Part shown: positions 1-7,502 of the stretch, in pieces
Numbering within the stretch: position 1 is the first letter of the stretch
Layout: each line of letters begins with the position of its first letter
DNA from: Candidatus Multivoradales bacterium
Lineage (GTDB): Bacteria > Acidobacteriota > Thermoanaerobaculia > Multivoradales > J023
Length of the DNA stretch: 64,000 nt
Direction of reading: 5' to 3'
Assembly (NCBI GenBank): GCA_965248925.1
Contig: CBDFLE010000005.1
Location: 2,176,001 to 2,240,000 of the forward strand
Program-made: the position numbers and the translations under genes
The notes under the pieces: generated by a model
Seen by the model: only the letters and a program-made list of their open reading frames with translations
Told to the model about the DNA's origin: nothing
The model's database searches: none

Positions 1-279
1 ACTACTTCACCATCCTGGTTGCGTTCTTCCTCTTCGAGGCGTTCAAGGAAGATGTTAGCGCCGAAGTGATCCCTTTGGAATCGTACCCGACCACGGTCCG
101 TCGGCGGCTCTTCGACCAGGCCGGAAAGATCGTCTGCCACGCCGGGGCGATAGCGCTCAAGGTTACGCAAGTGCTGTGGGACCAACTCAAACTTCCCGTT
201 CTCTGGAAAAACGCACATTCGGCGCCCCGAATCAACCCCTCGGTTATTCTGCTTCAAGCTCAGAACCGCTCAGTTTAGG
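1..279 (+). mobile_element. 3' end of a probable IS1380-family transposase (5'-truncated by window edge) with putative right terminal inverted repeat
   Basis: The frame is open from position 3 (YFTILVAFFLFEAFKEDVSAEVIPLESYPTTVRRRLFDQAGKIVCHAGAIALKV...) to TAG at 276-278. The T-x-R-x-x-L-F-x-x-A-G-K-I-V-x-H segment resembles IS1380 DDE transposase C-termini. The sequence ends ...GCTCAGTTTAGG (reverse complement CCTAAACTGAGC), consistent with the CC-starting IRs of this family. Family call is by recall, not by search. Confidence 0.55.
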
Positions 280-670
280 TCAAAGCAACGCGAGCAGCTC
301 TCGAAAAGCCCGGTACCGTCACCCTGCCGGCCATTCCCGGCGATTGACTGCCGAACGACGCAACCCGCTACCCGACTGAGGCCAATCTGTCCAGGTGGGG
401 CGGGGCCAGGTCTTACGTTTGGTGCGCATGGAACGGAATAATCGGCATCGGCGCGGCCGGTAGCCAACGAGATGTGTGGCACCGCGTCTGGCAGGTCGGG
501 TTAGCAGCACCGCAAATAGGTTCCACCACGGATAGGGCCGCCGCGTGATCCGTTTTCGCCGCGGTTGGGTCAGTATGAAGCAGGAGACCCAAGATTCTCC
601 ATTGAGCTGATTCGGTTCACCACCTTCGAGTCTCGAACCGCAATCAAAAACAACTTTCAAGGAGGTACTG

Positions 671-1012
671 ATGTCACTCAGAAAACTCATTACCCGATCA
701 GCCATGACTGCCCTGGTAGCTGGCATGCTGCTGATACTCGTCTTGGTCCCCGCCTCAACGGCATCCGAGCAAGCAAACGAATCAACCAAGAGAGTGCGCA
801 ATGAAGAAGAGCGCGTACAGGATCGAGTAAGGGTCATCATCCCACCTATTGATCCCGAGCAAGCCTGGGCGCTCTGTAGCCGTTTACCCACCCCCGCAAA
901 GGTGCAACAGTGCTTGGACAATTTGATCTGCTCCGGTCTTGGAAGTGCTGATATTTCTGAGGAATCCTGCACTCCTTATGCGTTCTCTTCGATCCAGTCG
1001 GCGTCGCAATGA
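671..1012 (+). CDS. Hypothetical small secreted protein (113 aa, 4 Cys)
   Basis: GGAGG RBS precedes the ATG at 671. N-terminus is a basic/hydrophobic/A-x-A signal peptide (MSLRKLITRSAMTALVAGMLLILVLVPASTA). Four cysteines lie in the C-terminal half. Confidence 0.55.
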   Translation: MSLRKLITRSAMTALVAGMLLILVLVPASTASEQANESTKRVRNEEERVQDRVRVIIPPIDPEQAWALCSRLPTPAKVQQCLDNLICSGLGSADISEESCTPYAFSSIQSASQ

Positions 1013-1285
1013 TGAATCGATCTGCGATCTAGTCTCTATACGGACCCGCCCACGCAAGTGCCTGGGGAAATTGCCTGGGCACCCTGCCGCACCATCTACT
1101 TCACGCTGGCCAATAGACTGACTCCCCCCCGGTTCAGGTCTGTACCAGCCTGGGGAGCCAAGAAACAGCATCGAGGGGGATATTGCAGATCTTGCCAGCT
1201 CGGTTGAGAATGAGCAGGTTAGTCTGGAGGAGAACCGGCGGGCTGAGCTGCTGGTCATATGATCTCAAGCTCTAGCTCCTCAGGC

Positions 1286-1408
1286 TCAGCCCTGCCTGGG
1301 CAGCTTGCACAGAAAGTCGAGTTCGGCTCTGCCGCCGGGGCTGCTCCAGTTGTAGAGGTCAGGGCCGCCGGCGGCGACCAACTGCTGGGCAACGTAGCTC
1401 TCAGCTAG
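1286..1408 (-). pseudogene. Remnant of the DUF4143 C-terminal domain of an AAA-family ATPase
   Basis: Minus strand translates LAESYVAQQLVAAGGPDLYNWSSPGGRAELDFLCKLPRQG*, matching the E-x-Y-V-A-Q-x-L...L-Y-x-W...A-E-x-D-F-L pattern of DUF4143. No start codon or N-terminal ATPase domain is present. Confidence 0.5.
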
Positions 1409-1460
1409 ACAAGGACATGTTTTTGGCACGATCCCTAGAAGATCGCCTACGGCGCTACCC

Positions 1461-2162
1461 TCATCGCCGCAGCCGATAGCCGGCTTTGCGCGCGGTGAGG
1501 ATGTACCGCGGCTTGGCCGGGTCGTCTTCGAGCTTGCGCCGTAGCATGCCGATGTGGGTGTCGACGGTGCGTGAGACCACCGCCGAGGAGTAGCCCCAGA
1601 CCTCGCCCATCAGCTCGAGCCGGGAGCGGACGGCACCGCCGTGGCGCAGTAGGGCGAGCAGTAGATCGAGCTCCTTGGGGGCCAGCTCGACCGGCTGGCC
1701 GGCTTTGCGCACACTGCGTTCGGCGGCCCGCACCTCGACCTCGCCGAAGCGCTCGACCTCGGCCGGTGCCTTGCCCCTGCCGGCCCGCCGCAGCAGTGCT
1801 TCGACCCGCGCCAGCAACTCGAGCAGACCGAAGGGCTTGGTCACGAAGTCGTCGGCACCGAGCTTCAATCCTCGTACTTTGTCGGCTTCCTCACTACGGG
1901 CGGTGAGCACCAACACCGGCATCTCGGAGCCGGCTCGACGCAGCTCGCGCAGGACGCGAAAACCATCGAGTTCTGGCAACATCAGATCGAGGATCAGCAA
2001 CTCAGGGCGCCAGCTGATGGCCAGCTCCAAACCGCGGCGACCATCACCAGCGACCTGCACCTCGTAGCCTTCGATTTCCAAGTTGTTGCGCAAGCCAAAA
2101 GCCAGATCCTCGTTGTCCTCGACCAAGAGAACGCGCGCCCCGCTACTCATGCCGTCACTCAC
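1461..2162 (-). CDS. OmpR/PhoB-family response regulator
   Basis: Receiver domain (VLLVEDN, LLILDLMLP, GADDFVTKPF) plus winged helix (SRTVDTHIGMLRRKLE...GYRL). The start overlaps the kinase stop codon; alternative ATG at 2150. Confidence 0.95.
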   Translation of the reverse strand: MSDGMSSGARVLLVEDNEDLAFGLRNNLEIEGYEVQVAGDGRRGLELAISWRPELLILDLMLPELDGFRVLRELRRAGSEMPVLVLTARSEEADKVRGLKLGADDFVTKPFGLLELLARVEALLRRAGRGKAPAEVERFGEVEVRAAERSVRKAGQPVELAPKELDLLLALLRHGGAVRSRLELMGEVWGYSSAVVSRTVDTHIGMLRRKLEDDPAKPRYILTARKAGYRLRR

Positions 2163-3853
2163 ACCGACACCTCTCCGGAGGGCTCGGCCAAGATCTGAGG
2201 GGAATCTGGCGAAGACAGCTGCGGGTCGCCGCGCGGCAATTCGACGACAAATCGGGCTCCGCCCTCAATGCCATCTTCGACCCACGCCCGTCCGCCGTGC
2301 AACTCGCTGAGCTGGCGGACCACCGCCAAGCCGATGCCGGCTCCGGCCACCGCCGAGCGGCGGTCACGGCCCAAACGGTGAAAGCTGCGCCAGATGCTCT
2401 GCTGCTGCCGGGCCGGCACCCCCGGCCCCTGGTCTTCGACATAGAGCCGCAGCCACTGCTCAGCGACTTCGATCCCTACCGTCACCCGCTGCCCCGGCGG
2501 GCCGTATTTGATCGCGTTGTCGAGCAGGTTCAGTAGGATTTGGCGCAACGCATCGTGGTCAAAGACGGCTCTCGCACCGGCGACCAGCTGACAGTGGATC
2601 CGTACTCCCCGACTGGCTGCCAGCGGCGCGAAACCAGCCACTTGCTCGCCCACCCACGGCGCCAGTTCACGACATTCGAGCTTGAGGGCCAAGGCACCGC
2701 GCTCGCCGCGAGAGAACTGCAACACATTGTCGACTAGATGACTGAGGCGCCGCGCTTCCTGGTCGATGATCTGCAAGGAGCGGCGTCTTTCTTCAGCCGA
2801 TCGCACCCGACCGAGCAACAGGGTTTCTGAGAACATTCGGATCTGGGTCAGCGGGGTCCGCAGCTCGTGCGAGACCTCGGCAACGAATTCAGAGCGCAGC
2901 CGGCCCAAAGCCCGCGCTCTGCGCAGCTGCAGGATTGCCGCCAGCAGCAGCCCACAGGTCAGCACCAGCAATGCCGCCAGCAGCGGTAGGCGGCTCTTCG
3001 GCAAGCCACCGATCAGCAGCCGCGGCGCCGCCTCTTCGGCCAGCGTGGCGCGCACAGAGAGACCGTCGAGGACACCGCTGGCGGTGTCGCCAAAGGGCCG
3101 CTCCGCGGTCAGGTCGGGGGCGTAGGGATCGGGTGCCCGGAGTTCGGCTGGGCCGAAGCGGAACAGCGTCCCGGCTTGGGGATGCAGCACTTCGATCCGC
3201 ACTAGCTGGTTGCCGACCCCTCTTTCGGCCAACGAGGCCGGCAGCAACGGCCCCCGATCAAAGGCTTGCTGAAACCACTCGCCGAGGGCCTCGATCTCAA
3301 CTTCGAAGCCAAGCACCGCACTCCCCTCCTGCTCCGCCTCCGGCATGGCAAAGGCGAAGCCGCGCAGCTCGCCGCCACTCCAGCGATGGCGAGCACGGTA
3401 GCGGTCGGGCCGGCCACTGGCCAGCGGCTCGGCGCTTAGCATCTTGACCAGTAAATCAGCGACCGGCGGCGCGAGCGGTGTACCGCTGAAGAGGAGAGAA
3501 CCAGCCGCCGGATCGAAGCGAAAAAGGGTGCGAGCCAGCGGCCGGGAGCGATCGAGGCGCGAGTTGCCCACCTCTAGTTCGGCCAGCTCCGGTAGCTTCC
3601 CGGCGGCCTGCTTTTCGAGCGCAATCAACAGCGGATAGTAGCCGTAGTAGCCAAGATCGCGAGCCGAGCGCTGCACCATTTCATCGGCGGCGAGACCGGC
3701 AAAGTCGCGCAGGATCTCCTCCGCTACCCGCCGGTGGGAGCGGGCCGCGGCCTGTGCCTGCCAGGTGATCAACGCCACCAACCCAAGGCAGAGCAGCAGC
3801 AGAAAGGCAATCAGAGCAGAGCCGTCGCCAGGCGGCGATCCTTGCTTTCGCAC
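2159..3853 (-). CDS. Membrane sensor histidine kinase (HisKA + HATPase)
   Basis: Two TM segments flank an extracytoplasmic domain. H-box VSHELRTPL, N-box NLLDNAIKY, G1 EDQGPG, G2 GAGIGL. Confidence 0.95.
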   Translation of the reverse strand: MRKQGSPPGDGSALIAFLLLLCLGLVALITWQAQAAARSHRRVAEEILRDFAGLAADEMVQRSARDLGYYGYYPLLIALEKQAAGKLPELAELEVGNSRLDRSRPLARTLFRFDPAAGSLLFSGTPLAPPVADLLVKMLSAEPLASGRPDRYRARHRWSGGELRGFAFAMPEAEQEGSAVLGFEVEIEALGEWFQQAFDRGPLLPASLAERGVGNQLVRIEVLHPQAGTLFRFGPAELRAPDPYAPDLTAERPFGDTASGVLDGLSVRATLAEEAAPRLLIGGLPKSRLPLLAALLVLTCGLLLAAILQLRRARALGRLRSEFVAEVSHELRTPLTQIRMFSETLLLGRVRSAEERRRSLQIIDQEARRLSHLVDNVLQFSRGERGALALKLECRELAPWVGEQVAGFAPLAASRGVRIHCQLVAGARAVFDHDALRQILLNLLDNAIKYGPPGQRVTVGIEVAEQWLRLYVEDQGPGVPARQQQSIWRSFHRLGRDRRSAVAGAGIGLAVVRQLSELHGGRAWVEDGIEGGARFVVELPRGDPQLSSPDSPQILAEPSGEVSV

Positions 3854-3926
3854 CCGCGAATCCTAGCAGCTGGAGCCACGCTCACCGCCGGGCCAGTGCG
3901 CTCCTGACCGCCCCATTGCATAGCCT

Positions 3927-3943
3927 TGACAGATTCCTGACAG
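3927..3943. promoter_or_regulatory. Putative OmpR/PhoB-type binding site (direct repeat, 11-bp period)
   Basis: TGACAG-attcc-TGACAG (minus strand CTGTCA-N5-CTGTCA) in the divergent intergenic region between the kinase and cytochrome genes. The 11-bp tandem spacing is typical of OmpR/PhoB operators. Confidence 0.55.
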
Positions 3944-4011
3944 GTCGCTGATCGAGGCCCCACCTTAGCCTGGCGCCGCCAACCTAGGCTAGCGTACAGG
4001 AGGTTCCATAG

Positions 4012-4809
4012 ATGAAGACCGAGACCGACTTGCACGCTCCACTGCGCCCCCTAACCGCGCTGTTGATCGGCGCACTGACCCTAGCGCTCACCCTGCCGAC
4101 CTCGTTGCCAGCGCAAATACCCGACACCTTCGAGAATCTTCAGGTGTTGCCCAAGGACCTTGACAAGCGCGCCCTGGTCGACACCATGCGTGGTTTCGCC
4201 ATCGCTCTCGGTGTGCGCTGCTCCCACTGCCATGTCGGGCCAGAGAACGGAGGCTTGGCAGACATGGAATTCGCCGCCGACGACAAGCCGACGAAGAACA
4301 CCGCCCGGCTGATGATGGGTATGGTGCGAGCCATCAACGAGCAGCATCTGGCCGAGCTGAAGGGCGGCGACAAGCGTCTGGAGGTCAGTTGCCAGACCTG
4401 TCACCGAGGGATCGACAAGCCCCGCTCTCTCCTTGACCTGCTGAGTGCGACCGCCACCGACGACGGTATTGAAGCGGCGATCGCGAAATATAGCGAGCTG
4501 CGCGAGAAGCACTTCGGCAGCGACGCCTACGACTTCGGTGAATTCGTGCTGCTGCAGGTCGCCGAGAAGCTGTTCCGCGGTGGCCAGGCCACGGCGGCCC
4601 GGCAAATGCTCGACCTCAACGCCGAGCACTTTCCGAAGTCCTCGGTCACCGAGTTCTCCTACGGTCGCCTCGACGCCGAGACCGGCCACCCCGAAACGGC
4701 CAAGAAACACCTGCGACGGGCTCTCGAGTACGACCCCAAGAACCGCGCCGCCAGCCGCTTGCTCGGCAAGCTCGAAGCGCCCACCGAGGGCATCCCCAAG
4801 GACGGCTGA
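4012..4809 (+). CDS. Exported di-haem c-type cytochrome (reaction-centre cytochrome c subunit-like domain) with C-terminal TPR
   Basis: Signal peptide, FENLQVLP motif, two CxxCH motifs (CSHCH, CQTCH), and a TPR-like C-terminus (AKKHLRRALEYDPKN). AGGAGG RBS upstream. Confidence 0.85.
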   Translation: MKTETDLHAPLRPLTALLIGALTLALTLPTSLPAQIPDTFENLQVLPKDLDKRALVDTMRGFAIALGVRCSHCHVGPENGGLADMEFAADDKPTKNTARLMMGMVRAINEQHLAELKGGDKRLEVSCQTCHRGIDKPRSLLDLLSATATDDGIEAAIAKYSELREKHFGSDAYDFGEFVLLQVAEKLFRGGQATAARQMLDLNAEHFPKSSVTEFSYGRLDAETGHPETAKKHLRRALEYDPKNRAASRLLGKLEAPTEGIPKDG

Positions 4810-4851
4810 CGGTCCTGCCAGGCAGGGCGATCAACCGTCCCACCGAACTCT

Positions 4852-5361
4852 CTACCGCAACAGCTCGCCGGCCCTGCGCATGTAGTCGAAGACCCCCCGG
4901 ATCGACCACCATGCCGTGGCGCTGGGCATCGAGCGTCTCAAGCTGTTCCGGGGTGTAGTACTTCTCATACATCAGGATGTCCTCGATGGTCTGTAGGAAT
5001 TGTTCAATAGAGACCTCCGCAGCCGCGCCGAGGTACTCGGCGAGCTTCTCCAGCCGAGTGGTCAATCGACGGGTGACCTCGAGCTGCTCGCGCAGTCGCC
5101 CAAGGTGCAGCTCGATGACTTTGGCTGGCGAGAAGGGGGGTGCTCGAACCAGCAACGGATCTCGTCGAGCGGCAGGTCGAGCTGGCGCAGCGACAGGATC
5201 TGCTGCAACCGCGCCACCTCCTCGACACCGTAGATCCGGTGGCCTGAGGTGGCTTGCCGCGGTGGATCGAGCAGGCCGATCTCTTCGTAGTAATGCAGCG
5301 TGCGGATCGAGATACCGGTCCGCCGAGCGAGCTCGCCGACTTTCATCGCCTCGCTGGCCAT
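4852..5361 (-). pseudogene. TipA-like MerR-family regulator, frameshifted twice and with an internally deleted effector domain
   Basis: MerR HTH (MKVGELARRTGISIRTLHYYEEIGLL) is followed by a frame change at the G6 run 5135-5140 into FSPAKVIELHLGRLREQL...MYEKYYTPEQLETL. A second shift at the C6 run 4893-4898 gives DPGVFDYMRRAGELLR* (stop 4852-4854). Most of the TipAS-type domain appears absent. Confidence 0.7.
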
Positions 5362-5410
5362 AGGTCTTCCTCCTTCACGGTGCGGCGGCGATCCGGCCGC
5401 CACCAAGAAC

Positions 5411-5441
5411 ATGGTAGGGCCTCACGCAAGGTCAGGTTCAA
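5411..5441 (-). promoter_or_regulatory. MerR-type promoter/operator (19-bp spacer with dyad)
   Basis: Minus strand reads TTGAAC-ctgaccttgcgtgaggccc(19 bp)-TACCAT. The imperfect dyad CCTGAC-N5-GTGAGG resembles the tipA operator CCTCAC-N5-GTGAGG. It lies directly upstream of the MerR gene. Confidence 0.75.
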
Positions 5442-5641
5442 TACCTTTTTTCACCTCTTTCCCAGCAGAGGTCGCCCACCCCCGCGCGATAGCTCTGCCC
5501 TGGAAGGCGAACCAGCGAGGAATACCTGGCTATGTGGCTGGCCGGCTCCTCCGGCCAAGATCATCTCTATCAGACCTGAACTTTCAGAGTCACGGATGTA
5601 GCAACTCCGCCCGTCCAACGCCTAAAGCTGTGGCACCTCGC

Positions 5642-6559
5642 TCAAGCGGTTCGCCGGGCGGCGCCGGGACCGTGGCCGAAGTAGCGTTTGTAGGCCTTGG
5701 CGAAGGCGAACTCGGAGCGGTAGCCAACCCGCTGAGCGACTTGCGCGGTGCTCAGAAAGTCGTCACGCAAGTGCTGCCGGGCGGCGAGCATGCGCCAACG
5801 GGTCAGGTAACGCATCGGGCTCTCGGCGAGCAAGCCGCGGAAGCGTTCGGCGAAAGACGAGCGAGACAGGCCGGCGATCTGCGCCAGCTCTGGCAGCGAC
5901 CACTCCCTGGCAGGATCGTCGTGCAACTTCGACAGCACCCGACCGATCGCCGGATCGTCGACCGCGGCAAGAAAGCCGCCAGGCTGCTGATGCCGATCGA
6001 GGAAGAGGCGCAAGGTCTGCATCAACAGGGCTTCGGCGAGCCGATCGACGACCGCCGAGGCCCCCCGCTGGCGGCCAGCCGTCTCAGCCGCAGCGAGCCG
6101 TGAGGCGGTGGCCAACCAGGCCGCTTGCTCACTCTCGCCGGAGGAGATCTGGATCACTTCGGGCAGGGTCTCAAAGAACGGGTGCAGGGCCTTCTGATCG
6201 TACTCGAAATGGCCGCAAACCAGGGTAGTGGCGGCCCCTTCGGTCTCGACCGGGGAAGCCGTGGCGCCAGCGCGGATCGCCGCCAACACCTCCTCGGCCG
6301 GCCGAGCCTCACCATCGAGAGCGTGCAGCAGCTGGTGGGCGGCACCGTGGGCAAGTAACACGATGTCGCCTTGTTGGAGCTTGCTGGCCTCACTGTCGGC
6401 CAGCCGCAGCCAACACTCACCGGCCACCACCACATGAAAGATGGCGACATCCCGCGACGGTACGGCCATGCCCCAGGGGGCGTGGAAGGCCGCTTCGAAG
6501 TAGACCGTGCCGCTCAGCCGTAGAGCTTCCAGGGTCTTCGCCAGGACGTCGGTCGCCAT
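5642..6559 (-). CDS. AraC-family transcriptional regulator with N-terminal cupin domain (RclR-like)
   Basis: DVL..L..LRL..APWG..FHVV..GECWL cupin domain, LVCGHF, and a C-terminal double HTH (WSLPELAQIAGLSRSSFAERF...VGYRSEFAFAKAYKRYFG). Confidence 0.9.
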   Translation of the reverse strand: MATDVLAKTLEALRLSGTVYFEAAFHAPWGMAVPSRDVAIFHVVVAGECWLRLADSEASKLQQGDIVLLAHGAAHQLLHALDGEARPAEEVLAAIRAGATASPVETEGAATTLVCGHFEYDQKALHPFFETLPEVIQISSGESEQAAWLATASRLAAAETAGRQRGASAVVDRLAEALLMQTLRLFLDRHQQPGGFLAAVDDPAIGRVLSKLHDDPAREWSLPELAQIAGLSRSSFAERFRGLLAESPMRYLTRWRMLAARQHLRDDFLSTAQVAQRVGYRSEFAFAKAYKRYFGHGPGAARRTA

Positions 6560-6566
6560 GGTACTT

Positions 6567-7043
6567 CTATAAGGTCTTCCAGCCCGCGACAGCTTGCTCG
6601 TAGAGGCTGCGCTCGTTCTGGTTCCACATCACCTTGGTGTTGACCTTCTGGCCCTCGTAGAGATCGTTGAAGAAGAGCAGCAGCTCACCATTATAGATCT
6701 TGAAGGTCTCCGGATTGGCAGGCACCCGCGCTTTCTTGGCGGCAACGCCGAAAGCGCAGTAGCCGCCGAACTTCGGCACGAACGCCTCGGGATTGGCTTG
6801 AAAGGCGGTCAGATTCTCCTGGCTGTCAAAGCGGAACCCGGCACCCTCATAGGTGGTGCTGAAGCGGGCTCGACCACGGACCGCACGGTCCTGCTGATGG
6901 TACGCGACCACATCGTAGCCGTCCAAGACCAGGTTGTCACTATTGGTGTTCCACGCCCCTTCGGCCATCACCAGGGCGGGCAGCCCAAGGCAGAAGATCA
7001 GACCGATCAGCCACTTTCTTGAATCTCGCAAGCTCATCATCAC
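6567..7043 (-). CDS. Exported YHS-domain protein
   Basis: Signal peptide plus GYDVVAY, F-x-S-x-E-N-L-x-x-F-x-x-N-P, PKFGGYCAFG and PETFKIYNGELLLF motifs of the YHS (seleno)protein family. The codon here is Cys, not Sec. Confidence 0.85.
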   Translation of the reverse strand: MMMSLRDSRKWLIGLIFCLGLPALVMAEGAWNTNSDNLVLDGYDVVAYHQQDRAVRGRARFSTTYEGAGFRFDSQENLTAFQANPEAFVPKFGGYCAFGVAAKKARVPANPETFKIYNGELLLFFNDLYEGQKVNTKVMWNQNERSLYEQAVAGWKTL

Positions 7044-7502
7044 GCTTCTCCTATGGTATTCGCAGGATCGCTCAACTCTGTGTTGCTTATCACCGAGCTA
7101 ATTCGTCACCGTGCCAGGTTAGAGCCCATCACTGAACAAAGCCATGCTCAAACGTCCGCAAGATCTGTCCATTCGGCTGCGCGGCTAGCGCCGGCAAAGC
7201 TATCGAGGACCTCCTGCCGGTCCTGCTGCACTTGCTGCATGCGGTCCTCGCCCACCACCTCGTGCTGGGTATTCGAGCCGAGAGCGCGCAACCTTCTTCA
7301 ACCTATGCCGCGGGAGCGAATCACGTGCTATCCCACTGCCCTACCGCCAAATTCTCGGTACAAAGAGGAACGGCCCGAAAGGCGGAGTCCTTTGGTAGCC
7401 TCTGCTGAGCAAATCAGTGGCTCCGGGCTGCCTGCGCAAAGTCTCAGGTCCTGTCTTGTTCTGCCCGCTGCCAGGATGCCCTACGGCGAAGGTCTGTCAA
7501 CA

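Noticed and set aside
319-972. 217-aa minus-strand ORF
   Set aside because: Antisense to the better-supported 671-1012 ORF (RBS and signal peptide), with no motifs.
4012-4809. Photosynthesis gene (pufC)
   Set aside because: Only two CxxCH motifs plus a TPR, and no puf/bch genes nearby.
5300-6103. 267-aa plus-strand ORF
   Set aside because: Antisense to the AraC and MerR genes, with no recognisable domain.
6567-7043. Selenoprotein call for the YHS protein
   Set aside because: The GGYC position is a TGC Cys codon and there is no in-frame TGA.
7053-7502. 150-aa N-terminal extension of the M28 peptidase in the ORF track
   Set aside because: Composition is not protein-like. The signal/TM-bearing start MKKSTLGLV at 7503 fits the family.
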